DNA of 64,000 bases from Callorhinchus milii (taxonomy: Eukaryota), in the NCBI RefSeq assembly GCF_018977255.1, contig NW_024704743.1:5210001-5274000 (forward strand), written 5' to 3'. This document shows positions 25,308-37,780 of the stretch, piece after piece. Under the pieces are notes generated by a model. That model had not been told where the DNA came from. It did no database searches and was given only the letters and a program-made list of their open reading frames with translations. The position numbers and the translations under genes were made by a program. How positions within the stretch are numbered: the first letter of the stretch is position 1; the number at the start of each line of letters is the position of its first letter.

Positions 25308-25476
25308 GTCTGAGCTCCCTGCTTTCTGTAAAGAGCCCCTCAACCTCACGATTCATCAATACCCGCTACAAACTGGTGAAGAGGAGCACCTCCTTGGCCT
25401 CGCCCTGGACCTCTCCCTCGCCCTCACAAAGTCTCTCCTTCTTCAGGACACGGAGGAATAGCTGCTTCAGTCCCAG
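25308..25476 (+). CDS. ZC3H3: ZC3H3 coding exon 4
   Basis: ttttgtgtag|GT...CCCAG|gtaaga, 169 nt. Encodes GLSSLLSVKSPSTSRFINTRYKLVKRSTS...FRTRR, similar to human SKVIKTRYRIVKK...WRARR. Not in the ORF track; found by reading. Phases fit. Confidence 0.88.
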
Positions 25477-28400
25477 GTAAGATGCTCTCAAGCTGATGCT
25501 TGTCTACGGCTGCTGGACCCATTGTTGGGACTGAGAAGTGCAATCCTCACCGAACGGGGGAGCTTTACCCTCTAACTTAGTGATAGGCTCACAAGTTTAC
25601 AGCCAGTCCATCTTGCTCCCCAGCCATCTTCCCTTCTTTTGTGTTGTTCTCCAAATCTAATGTGTAGGTGGGGATGCACGGAATTCTCAGCTTGGTTTGG
25701 ATACTCTTAAGCATGGTGATGGGTTTCCGCATGTGTCAGACCAAAAAAAAAAGAAAAATACTAAAAAACAGAAGTTAGTTTCTGGTGGGTCTATTTGTGT
25801 GAGTTCAGGATCATTGCCCTCACCTTTAAAACCCTCCATGGACTTGCCCCACCCAAGCGACCTTCTCAAACTCTACCGACCCGCCTGCTCCCTCCAGTCA
25901 GCGCCATGTGCTTGTCCTGCCAGCCCCACCACCAGGGGTCGGCTTTCAACCTTTCTGCCCCTCTCTCTGGGACTCTATTCCAGAGCCCCTGTACTTGACT
26001 CTTTCAAGGTCACTATCAAGACCTTACTCTTTGACTGTGCTTTCGGACATCATCCCCCCACCCCCCTCGACCTGCCACACCCTCGGCCCTCTACCCTGAA
26101 CTGTCCGGTGCTTTGGGACATCCGATGTTAAAGGTGCTATATAAATGTCAATTTGTATTGAATTGAGTTTTCTCCTCCCCATTTTGTGGGTGAAACATAG
26201 CAGCTAATTTGCACACTGCAATGTCCAACAAACAATCATGGAGTAAGTGACCAATTTTATTTGGGGGATTGTTGGCCAGGACACCAGGAGAAATCTCTTA
26301 TCTTTTTGAATAAAGGGATCTTTAACATCCATTTAAACAGACAGGAGACTTTGGTTTATTGTCTCATCTGGAGGGCGACTCTTACCTGCTCACCTTTTCC
26401 CAGCTTCTGTAACATTGCTCATTGCTGCTACTACCTCTCAGGCTGCTGAGACCCTCATTCATGCTTTCATCACATTCATGCTTGACTGCGCCATTGCTCT
26501 GCTCGCCAGACTCCTCAGCACTTCCCTACACAAGTTGTCAATTATCCAGAACCTGCAGCTGCTGCCCTCCTCTGCACCAGGCTCTGCGAGTCAATCCTGC
26601 TTGACTCCATGGGCTACCCATCTCCCAGCGGATGGAATTCAAGATCCTTGTCCTCAGCTTTAAATCCTTCCTGGTCTCACCCCATCCTACCTCTGCGAAT
26701 TCCTTCAACCCAAGGCAGATGTGACCTCAGTTTAACATCTCGTACAAAGGATGGTACCTCTGACAGTGCAGCTCCAGCATTGCACTGGAATGTCAGCCTA
26801 GACTGAGACTCAACGTCTTCCCCGTGGGCTTTGTTCCTCAATGAGGGGTACAGGCCATTGCGGAGCAGTGTGATTGATTTGGTTCCTGGTACTGGTTCCA
26901 TTGCTGAGTTTTTGCCAGTCATCACTATTATTTGATTCCTTAGCAATTTTTGAAAAAAAATTCTACTCAGCGTCTATTTACTTCAAAAACATTAATCTGC
27001 TTAGTTTTTGATTTAACGTTAAACTGAAGCCAAGATTACAGCAATTACTATAAATTGAGTGGAGACTAATCGAAGGACTTGATGTCTGCGTCGGCCTTCA
27101 GTGTGACCTGCCTTTTTACACGCATCTCTCAGACTGACGTTCCAATCCCTCAATTGCCCCCTTCACTGCTCCTCGAGTCTATCTGAACTGGACTTGGCCA
27201 TAAAAGATTTTTTTTTTTAAATTAGGATGTGTTTTGAGTAGATTACACACAAAATTCTATTGAATTTTTCAGGGTGATTTTCCACTATTCTTTGTGTAAA
27301 AGCCCCGTGTCCTGAAATTGCGTTCCAGTCTGGCTCAGTTTGTACCACTCTTGCCTCATGGATTCAAGCCTCAATTCGGACTTTGAGCTCACAGATCAGA
27401 CTGACACAACAATTCAGTTCTGGGGAAGGGCTGCATTGTCAGAGGCACCATCCTTTGGATGAGACATTATACAAAGGTACAGTTTGCCTGTTCAGGTGGC
27501 TGTTACACATCCCGTGGTGCTATTGAAAAAGAGAAGGGAGATTCTCACCCTCTCTCAGTGTCTGGGCCAACAATTCCCCAGTCGTTGTTTGAGGAGAGAG
27601 AAATGCAGATAGGGAGATTTGATAATGGGGTATTTTGTGGTATTTCTTAACCAAATTCTTTCATAAGGAATCTTTTCGGAATTCTTATTGACCTGTGGCA
27701 TCTCCGCTCAGGACGTAGATCACATTCGAGCAAGATTCCCACAGCCCAATGGAAAGCACAGATGGCTCCCAGAAGGAGCTCCATTTACACCATTCACAGT
27801 CCTTACGGTGAAATCCCACAGATTAACCCCAGATGTTGCTGTGAGCTTCTCTGGTTTTGAATTTCTGTGGATGGTAAGTGTATATAATTTTCGCAGGAGA
27901 GAGCTGACAGCTCAGTGACTGGCTATCCATCGTGTGGGAAGGCAGTAAATATTGATTAGGCTGGACTTTTCAATTAAAACCATAAAATATCACTGCACAT
28001 TGAAACCCATCACTTTCTGACTCGTTTTAAAATAAAGTGTTTTTCATGATTTCTGCACGTTCTAATAAATACCAATTTCCCTTTGGTGCAGGTTTCCCCC
28101 CGTTCCCCCCCTCACCATTTCAGCGAGGTGAGGAAAAGAAAAGAAAGATTGATATAAAAAAGAGCAGGCGAACTGTGCCTATAATAAGCTGGAGATGTAA
28201 TAGGCAGTGGTTTAATTTGTGGTTAACTCGCTCTTCTCTTGCCATACACTGGAGTAGTCAGCACTTAATTGGTAAGATACTTGATTTAGAAGCGAGGGAA
28301 CTGGGACCGGAAAAATGGGACATATAAATCACTGCCCGACTTCAAAAATATAGATATAATCTCGACGCTAAGTACATTAATAGTAGCAGAAGCTGAATTA

Positions 28401-29424
28401 AGAAAGCCATAAAGTATGGGCAGAAGATTATAAATGAGAGTGGTCTCCCTGCATATCGCCCAGACTCCCGTGTTCAGGGACTGCCTTTCGCTGCCAGTGG
28501 AACCACTGAATTAGTGGGGCTGATCTGCATGTTTTACATTGTGGGGCAGCAATCACACGCAGTGTACCTAATAATTTGTGTCTACTTTACTGGCACCTTA
28601 AGACTCAGCTTAATCAGTTTTAGTGCTTTATTATTGATTTAAACAGGATATGAAATTGGAGGTAATTGTTCCAACATTGTAACACACTATTTTTTTACTA
28701 AGGGCTTGTCTGTGGTTTCCAATTTATGATAAATAATAATAATCCTTGCATTTGATATAGTGCCTTATCACGTCTTCTAGCGGTCTCAAAGCGCTTAACA
28801 GATTATACTGTAAAGTGAACTGATATTGTGTAGGCGAAACACGGCAGCAAATTGTGCACAGCAGGGTCCCGCAAATAGATTTTTTTTTAAGGGATTATTC
28901 CTTGGAAAGTGATCCACCAATCGACTAACGATCGGGTTCGTACTTTTTAGTTTGGTTTGGATTTCATGCAACCAAGGAACATTGTCTCTGTATTTTAAAA
29001 GTAAATGTGTTCCTCTCCCCCATCCCCTCCCACAACCCCACTTTGCAAACTATTTTAGAAAACTATCCGTTCACCTTGTTTTCATCTTCCTCCCCTCTTT
29101 CACGTCCACTGAGATCCGCTTAACATCAGTGGCCAATCCTCATGTTACTAGGCCAGTCAACAAGCGATTAAACCCTGGGAGGACATCAAAGCTCAGTTTA
29201 ATTGGTACGTTCCCACTAGCTTTCCAGAGGGCACGACTGCAGAGTCAGCAGCTCCCCAAGGCACAGGCTCAGTGAAGACAGTTTGGCCATAAAATTTAAA
29301 ATTATTCAGAACTGGAAAATTCTTAATTCAGCCTTCGTTTAGAAGCTGGTTCTTTTTAACAACTGGTAAATTGCTTCCAATGGAAGACTTTTCCATACTT
29401 TGCGAGTCCTGGATTTGAGCACAT

Positions 29425-29810
29425 GGTCCTGTAGTTTAGAGCTTAGAGTGGTTAGAGCACTCGCCTCGAAAGCGAGAGAACCTGGGTTTGATTCCCGGAA
29501 GGGTGAAATGTTGGGCAAGTTTCCTTACTCTACACACCTCTGTTTACCTAGCAGTAAGTAGGAACCCGGTTGTTAATCGATTGTCAGATCGCTTTTCCAG
29601 GAGCAATAATGCCTTCAAAAATAAATGTTAAAATAATAGTAATTTGGTCACTCAATCCATGACTGTTTGTGGGACACTGCTGTGCGCAATTGACTGCCGC
29701 GTTTCTCCCACAAAATATATAGTCAATTCACTTTGCAGTATATTCTGTGAACTGCTTTGAGACGTCTCGAAGATGTGATAGGCATGATTAGTAATAGTAT
29801 TATTATATGA
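29425..29810 (+). mobile_element. tRNA-derived SINE (family A), near full length
   Basis: Head gtcctgtag...ggtttgattcccgg, body and tail all present. Confidence 0.85.
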
Positions 29811-29979
29811 TGGTCCTATAGGCTAAGCCTGCATCAGCTCCAGATTCCTGAGTGTGAACCTTTCCTCCTGCAACAGTCACGACAGTAAAACTCACAAGTC
29901 GTATCAGTCAGAATCATAACATTTAATGTGACTGAGGCGAAGTCTTGAGTTGCAGGCAAACTTTTATAAGTCGTATAAA

Positions 29980-30562
29980 CTGCCACTTTACAAATCACTT
30001 TGTGCCCGCACTTGGAATACTATGTGCAGTTCTGGTCACTGCAATATAAAAAAGGATATTGCAGTGATTGAGAGGATACAGAGGAGGGCAACCAAAATGA
30101 TTAAGGGGATGGAGGGACTGGACAACGAAGAGCGATTAGATAAACTGGACTTGTTCACACTGGAGAAGAGAAGGTCGAGGGGTGATATGATTATAGTCTT
30201 TAAGATTCTGAAGGGAATAGATAATGTAGACCATGATGAGTTGTTTTATCTTGTACTGAACAGCAAAACCAGAGGACACGGCCTGCAACTGAAGTGGGGT
30301 AAATTCAAAATCTGCGGACACATTACTTTGGTGAGAGTAGTAAACCTATGGAACAGGCTTCCTAGGGAGACAGTGGAAGCAGAAAATGTCATTTGTTTCA
30401 AGAACAAATTAGATAAGATTTCTGCTAGAAAATAATATCTCAGGGTACAGTTTATAGTTTGGAACACGACATGTCAAGCGACTGCCAGGATGGTGGAAGG
30501 TGAACCAGATGGACCTTGGTCTTTGTTCGCCGAGCAAATTCTTACGTTCTTGTATATGTTCT
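29980..30562 (+). mobile_element. CR1-clade LINE 3' fragment
   Basis: IERIQRRATKMIKGMEGLDNEERLDKLDLFTLEKRRSRGDMIIVFKILKG...RVVNLWNRLP, ending in a gttctt-type repeat. Confidence 0.9.
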
Positions 30563-30885
30563 TATAAAATCTGATTTAATCAATAATCTACACTGCACTT
30601 ATGTAATTCGCTGCAGCTGGTATGTGCGCACGTGGTGACTACGTTTCCCACGATTCAATGCGTCTTCACCCATCACCACATGCGCACTTACCGGAAAGTG
30701 TTGGAATCGCATTGAATCGCGGGGAAATGAAGTTTTTTTGCACATGCATTGATGCATCAAGACTACGTTTCCCGCGATTCAATGCACCCGGGAAGTGCAG
30801 GAGTGATGGAGGATAGGGGAGCAGCGTTACGAGTAAGGAGGTGATAAATACGAGTAATGAAACGAAATCTAACTGGTTTTGATAG

Positions 30886-31570
30886 TCCCCCAGTCCCCTG
30901 ATGTTCTGTCAGCCTGCTTGTCAGATCTCAGGGGCTGGATGAGCGCAAATTTCCTTCATCTGAACGTTGACAAGACGGCTCTCGTCAATGTCTAAAATCT
31001 CACGGCTCTCACCTCCTCCACCTACCCGACCTCCCATTAAAACTCTCCGAACCGGTACGCAACCCAGGCGTCAGGTTCGACCCCCAATTATCCTTCCTCC
31101 CCCACATCCCCTCACCCGCACGAAACTCCGCTCCCCGATCACCCCAGTCCTTGCCAGACTGCACTGGCTGCCTGTCCCAGAGAGGATCGACTTCAAGATC
31201 CTCACTTTGGTATTCAAATCCCTCCACTCCTCTGCACCCCCCGACCTCTCTGACCTCTCTCCTCAAAACAGTATCCGTTGCCTTCGTTCCTCCGGATCTG
31301 GCCTTCTTGTCCCCCGAGTACTCCGCTCCACACTCGGCGGCCGTGCCTTCAGCCACTATGCCCCGAGGCTCTGGAACTCCCTTCCTCACTCCCTTCGCCT
31401 CGCCCCCTCTCTTCCTATTTTCAGGTCTCTGCTGAAGACCTTTCTCTTCGACCGTGCGTTTGGTCACCTTCCTCCCCATCCCCCGGCTCGGCCCCGGGAT
31501 CCATTATTGTAAAGCGCTCTGAGACGCCATCCGGCATGGAGGGCGCTATATAAATTGAAGTTGTTGTTGA
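30886..31570 (+). mobile_element. L2 LINE 3' fragment
   Basis: ITPVLARLHWLPVPERIDFKILTLVFKSLH...GGRAFSHYAPRLWNSLP...FRSLLKTFLF, with a (GTT)n tail. Confidence 0.9.
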
Positions 31571-33034
31571 TAGGAAACTGATGGGGCTCAGTTGGATGTA
31601 TGACTTAAGCATTTAAACGATTTATAAAGATTAGACTTATGTGAGTTTTACTCTATAGACATATTGCCTGTCACATCGCGAAGATGTCTGAAGCTCCTAC
31701 ACAGAGCTGACTGGAAGCCTGAGTTGGGGGTGGTCAAAAGGATGGTGGAAAGGCAAGATCTTAAAGTGGATTAAGACCCATCCTAGTTCCAGCTCCTGCC
31801 CTGACTGACATCACTGCCTATACAGCCCAGCATGAACCTGCCTCCCTGATATATCCTGCAATACCCACTGTGCCACCTGGAAACAGACACTCCACATATT
31901 TTGTAGACTTAAGATCTCAATATGGAAGTTTGATAAAGTCTGATTTTCTGCCGTTTTCCTGGTCAGGCAGTCGATCAGTTCTCAATTTGAGATGGAATAC
32001 TGGATTCCAAAATATTGCATGATCCTAAATTTTAAGACTATTTTAAACCTTCAGCTAAAGAAAACCAGAAAGTTCAGCCCCAAGTTTTCTGGTCCAACGT
32101 TTTGTTCTGCAAAATGAAGGAACAAAGGGCAGAACAGGGTGCGTTTCTCTCTGGTACTTGGTACTGATGGGATGAATGTCTTTGCCTTCTTAGCTGGGTA
32201 AAATCAATATGAACGTCTTACCACCATACCTGATTTACCTCTGACAGGCCACTCAATCAAAATGCCACAATGATCTTCGGAGATTGGGAATAAGACATAT
32301 GTGGTGCGTAGTCAAGAAAGCTTTGCCCTATATCTCACTGTGCTGTAGCTGACTGGGAAGTGCTGAATGGTACAAGTGCAAAGAAATCTTCCTGGAGCTG
32401 TTTATTGAGGAGTGAGCAATAGACCTTAGCTTGGTTGTGGGAAGGAAGTTGGTGCTATGCTGAACATTTTGGAGGCATGCAAAGGGCTAACCAGTGGTAT
32501 TAGCTTCATATGATTCAACACCAATCACTGGTCCCTGTAATAATCCAGTGAATCAGGAATCTGAACTAATGGCCTTCGGTGAAAACCTTTTGCATTTGAA
32601 ATAGCACCTTTAGTTTTTATCCGTAATTTTCTCTTTCCATTTATCTATTCGACATAACACAATACAGAGCACAGGGCATGGATTGGAAGCTTATTATCAT
32701 AAAAATAATAATCCTTGCATTTGATATAGTGCCTTATCACTTCTTCAGGACGTCTCAACGCGCTGCACAGAATATACTGTAAATTGAATTGACTATATTT
32801 TGTGGATGAAATATTATCTTCAATATAACATGCCTCAGGCCTTTTATTGTTCTTAAAACAATCGACCATATGAAACTATGTAAAAGATAAGCTGGGGAAT
32901 TGCAGAAAATTGTTCTTGTTGTCTGTGCAGACACTAATTGGTGTTGTTTCCTTTGCATCTATTATCAATTCACCACCGGAGGCTCTATTGCTGAATGAAA
33001 AGCTTGGTGCATCGTATGTGTGTGTCAGCCCGGC

Positions 33035-33480
33035 TCGGTGTGTGTCAGTGCAGAGCAGTGGTGACACAATCGCCTCTGAGTCAGAAAGTTGTGGGTTCAA
33101 GCCCCACGTCAGGACTTGGAATCACATAGTTCTAAGGTGATGCTCCAATTCAGCACTGGAGATGTGTTCCATTTTCGGAGGTGCTATCCTTCAGATGAGT
33201 TGTTAAACTGAGGTCCCATCTGGCTGTTCAGGTGGATGTTAAAGATTCTATGACACTATTCAAAAAGAGATGGGAGTTTCTCTTTCTCGGTGTCCTGGCC
33301 AACAATCCCTCAAAATAAAATTGGTCACTCAATCCATGGTTGTTTGTGGGACACAGCTGTGCGCAATCTGGCTGCCATGTTTCGCCCACAAAATACACTT
33401 TACAGTATATCCTGTGAAGAGCGTTGAGACACCTCAACGACATGATAAGGTACTGTATCAATTGCAAGAATTATTATTAC
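33035..33480 (+). mobile_element. Deu-domain SINE (family B), near full length
   Basis: tRNA-like head (cgcctctgagtcagaaagttgtgggttcaagcccc), Deu core (caggtggatgttaaagattctatgacact...gtgtcctggccaaca) and L2-like tail. Further copies at about 6150-6400(+), 8660-9000(-), 17040-17390(-), 19860-20210(-), 21900-22090(-), 27325-27580(+), 44530-44895(-), 56830-57100(+) and 58370-58660(-). Confidence 0.8.
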
Positions 33481-33583
33481 AGTGTATGATTGTTGTGTGA
33501 AAGCGCTCTGGTTTGTCTTTAGGAATTCATTTCTGTCTAGTATAGCTTGTGCCTTATCTACTGCAGCTCCAATTTGTCAAGTA

Positions 33584-34002
33584 CAGTAAACGCCTGATAA
33601 CAAGACACTGGATTAACTAGTCACTACCACTTAAGTAGCCGCTTCCCATACAAAATGTTGTTGCTCCATTTAATACATAACGAGTCGCATTTCTTGTAAG
33701 TACAGTACATACAATGTCAGATTGATCGGATATCTCATCCTACAAGATAGCAACTTGGCAGAGGGTGAACTGGTGCAGGCGCTTGGCAGAGTTTGGGCAT
33801 CATGCTTAGATGCATCGCAGAAGCCTCTGGTCTATGACAGGATAGGGCAGGAGGCCACAGTATGGCTCTTCAATAGACCAGAAGCCTCTGAGACAGGATA
33901 GGGTATGAAGCCCTCTAATAGACCAGAAGGCCTTTCCGATGCCTCTGAGCATACCTCCGTGAGTCTTTTCCTTTGTGGTGACAAGTTATGAGGAGTTCAC
34001 TG
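33584..34002. mobile_element. Degenerate Tigger/pogo-like MITE
   Basis: ta|cagtaaacgcctgataac at the left end and gttatgaggagttcactg at the right end form imperfect TIRs. Confidence 0.5.
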
Positions 34003-34484
34003 TTTTTGTACAAAGCTCTCTAAGCTGGACATATCTGACCGCTCAAGGTTATTTACCTGAAAAAGCTCTGGATATGTCATCATGACCCTTTAAATAACCA
34101 TCTCTTTCAAAAATAAAGTTGATATGCAGCTTATTTTGGGCGGTTTATTAGCTGACATTTTGTTTTCCCTACAGACTAGACCCACGAGGCGTGCTGAACT
34201 CTCTAGTGCATTGCTTTCTTTTTTTATTCTCCCACCTTTTAAAATTGATGCTTTTCCTAGCATTTCCCAGGTAACCTCCTGGGAATAGACACAGCTATTA
34301 TAAATAATCCTTGCATTTGATATAGCGCCGTCTCAAAGCGCTTCACAGAATATACTGTAAAGTGAATTGACTGTATATTGGTGGGCGAAATGCGGCAGCC
34401 AATTGCGCACAACATTGTCCAACAAACATTTGTGGATTGAGTGACCAAATTATTATTAGTATTATTATTAAGGGATTGGTAACT

Positions 34485-34970
34485 TGCTCCAATTAAATGT
34501 TGACAAGACCGAGGTCCTGATTGGCTCCTCACCTGAGCCTATCACCCCCATCCTCGCCCGGCTTCACTGGCTCCCCAGGATCGAGTTCAAGATCCTTGTC
34601 CTCACTTTTAAATCCCTCCACGGTTTTGCCCCACCCTACCTCTATGACCTTCACAAACCTTACCAACCCACCCGCTCCCTCTGCTCGGCATGCACTGCGT
34701 CACCTCTCCCACCCTCTCCGACCCAACAGCAGCCATCAGCCCCTTAACTTTTCTGTCTCCATCCTCCGGACTCCATCCTGGATTCCCTTCGCCTCGCTCC
34801 GTCCCTCGTCTCCTTCAAGGAATGTCTCCAGACCTTTCACTTTGGTCATCTTCCCGAACCCAACCCTTCTGAATCCAACCCCAAGCTCGGGTGCAAACCC
34901 TGGACTGTCCAGTGCCTTGGGACGTCCTCCTGACGTGAAAGGTGCTGTGTAATGTAAAATATAAATTTGT
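34485..34970 (+). mobile_element. L2 LINE 3' fragment with internal deletions
   Basis: LQLNVDKTEVLIG...ITPILARLHWLPRIEFKILVLTFKSLHGFAPPYL. Confidence 0.8.
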
Positions 34971-36079
34971 ATTGTAATTACTACAGTTGACAGTAATTTG
35001 TGTAAAGTGCTCTGTGACTTTTTGAAATGATGGGGCGCTATCAAAAGTTCATTCTTTGTTATGTTGTTGAATCATGTCAGGACACTTTTAGCTGTTGATG
35101 TATCTTTGCTCATACTCAATAGAAGCTGATGAATAGGAGATGTTCTGTGCTCTTGGACTAAGTGACTTTTCAATGTGATAAAGTGCTATAAAAATGTGAG
35201 TTATTCGACAAAGGTTTAGCCATTGGCAGCACTGGAGCTTCACGAGTGGAACATAGGAAACATAGTGACTGAGCTTCAACACGCTTTGTACTGATACACT
35301 TCTAATTGAAGGGTCCATGTGCCAGTCTGGAAGCTACGCTTCTGAGGGAATTCCAACACATGCTTACCTTTGTGAGCGAGTGAGTGTCTGTTGAACTGCT
35401 GTGTCTGTCTGTTGGTGAGGGAACTGGTTCTGCTCTTTGCAAGGAAGTGTTGGAAGATGTGAGGGGAGAGAATATGGTCTTGGAGTCTGTTCCAGTGAAT
35501 GCAGCAATTAAACCATGTAACAGAAAGTGACGGGAGAGAAAAAATGGTTAGCGCTCAACACTGTGCTTTCCGGTTAGGACCACATGATGGTCAGTGTGTG
35601 CCTCACGGTGCTCATTGCCCTCAGCAATGCCTTGCATTCTTATTTTTTTTTCTTTGAGGGAGACTCCAGTTACCTTTCTCTTCTCCATAAGATTTGTAAA
35701 CTATGAGACCAAGTAGGGAATAATTTTGGGGTGAAGAGGAAACTGCTGGACTGAGTGCAGGCTCTCTCAACAACAACCCGCTTGCCTTTATCTCCTGTCC
35801 TTCCAGTGGGGAAGCCTGTTAGGGTGCTTTACAGCACTCGAGCGAAGGGGAGAAAATACTTTTAAAAAGGATCAGGAAGTTAAAAGGAGCTGGATGGTTA
35901 GGATGACATGTGGGATTCACTGGTTCCACAGCTGTTATAGTTCCTGTAAAGGGGGTCTGTATTTCTTTGTGAAACTCCCTTATTCTGTATGTGTATCTAC
36001 TGTATAAAATTGCCATTTATTAAAGTGCCCATGTAGTAAGATTATAAGAAGCTATGATTAAGATATAAATAAATGGACA

Positions 36080-36543
36080 TTAATAATAATCCTGACATTT
36101 GGTGTTGCGCCTTATCACGTCTTCGAGACGTCTCAAAGTGCTTCACAGAATATACTGTAAAGTGAATTGACTGTATACTTTGTGGGTGAAACGCGGCAGC
36201 CAATTGTACACAGCAGTGTCCCGCAAGCACTCGTGGATTGAGTGACCAAATTATTATTTTTTAAAAGGATTATTACCCCTGGAAAAGCGATCCGCCAATT
36301 GTACACAGCAGTGTCCCGCAAGCACTCGTGGATTGAGTGACCAAATTATTATTTTTTAAAAGGATTATTACCCCTGGAAAAGCGATCCGCCAATCGACTA
36401 ACAACCGAGTTCCTACTTACTGCTAGGTAAACAGAGGCTTGGGGAGTAAGAAAACTTGCCCAACGTTTCGCCCTGCCCGGGAATCGAACCCAGGTCCTCT
36501 CGGTTGTGAGGCGAGCGCTTTAACCACTGAGCTACAGGATTCT
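36080..36543 (-). mobile_element. tRNA-derived SINE (family A) with a 95-bp internal tandem duplication
   Basis: Full head-to-tail copy; 36199-36293 is repeated exactly at 36294-36388. Confidence 0.9.
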
Positions 36544-37700
36544 ACATTGGTTGATGTTGTGTATTGCATGAACCCAACTCATGGTTCAGAACCCTTCCGC
36601 TGCACTGCCCTCACACAAAATTAGTGCTCACCAGTCTAAGACTATCGTAAAACATTAGAGATTATTTGTACAGTTAATGACTCCTGTGGTGAAACAAATT
36701 GAAACCCCTCATACACTTTGACTGCCATTGACCACAAACTGCAAAATGATAGATACATGTTGCTCTGGGACAATTTTTTCTCTCTCCTGTACCACAAACC
36801 TTTTTTAATCAGTTTTAGCCAATCTCCTCCTGTGTTTATTATCGCCGACCCTGCTTCGATGCTCTTTGTGTAGGGTTCCAGCTTCCTACACAACCTCAGA
36901 GTCAAGGTTATGGTGATAAATTCTCTGGTATTGTCAGTTCTATTCTGAGGAAATTGGTTTGGTGCTTTCACATTGAAGGGAGATAATTTGCTGCAGTCTT
37001 TCAAATGGATTAGAAATGGATTTGAAGTTGGAGTTCATGCCTCCCATTACACTGCGCAAAGAGAGGTGTCTTAAGGCAGTGTTCAAAATCCAGCCTTCAT
37101 TATGTGCCCTTAATACCTTTCCTTTTTGTCCCTTAATGAAATTTCCCACCAAAACATGCCTTACTAACTAAACCCTTTAGATCACACGATCCGTTTTTAT
37201 GTGGAAAAGGAATTACAGGCTGGTTGTGTCACGAGCGTGAGGGCAGGTGGGAGCTCCCTCTGTGTTATCTCATTCACTTGACACTCTGTGCCTTTGTACA
37301 AAGTTCACTTGCAAAGTTCGCGCTGCAGTAGGGGAACAATTTAGCAGAGATGTTTGACACCAGCTTAGAATGAGACGTGACGCTTCACTGACCTACCCCT
37401 ACATTGTGTCCTTGTCACTTTGGGGCTAGTACACAATAGGTTTACAGGGACAGCAGCACCAGCAATGTTAATGATGAGGACCTCTTTAATCTTCCCACAA
37501 AGATCCCATGACACTAGTGTAAATGAGTGGGCAGTTTCCCTCAGTGTCCTGACCAACAATCCTTCAGGAGTTCAAAGGGAATTGACAGAGTGGGGAAGGA
37601 GGGACTCTTTCCTTCGGTTGCAGAACCCAGAACAAGAGGGTATAATGTAAACATTAGAACCAGACAACAACTTGCATTTATACAGGCCCTTTGTGTAGGC

Positions 37701-37780
37701 CAGGGTGCTCCAACGAGCGGCCCGTGGGCCGCAACCGGCCCTGCAGATGATTTAATCCGGCCCAAGACTGTTTTCAACTT
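37701..37780 (+). mobile_element. hAT/Charlie-like transposon terminus
   Basis: cagggtgctccaacgagcggcccgtgggccgcaaccggccc resembles the CAGGG...CGGCCCGCGGGCC..CCGGCCC ends of hAT-Charlie elements. No partner end was found. Confidence 0.55.

Larger units (their letters stand above)
29883..31653. mobile_element. Tc1/mariner (Tigger/pogo-like) non-autonomous DNA element hosting CR1 and L2 insertions
   Basis: Left TIR cagtaaaactcacaagtcg; right TIR gacttatgtgagttttactc followed by ta. Related right ends at about 11585-11738 and 14860-15001. Confidence 0.7.
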
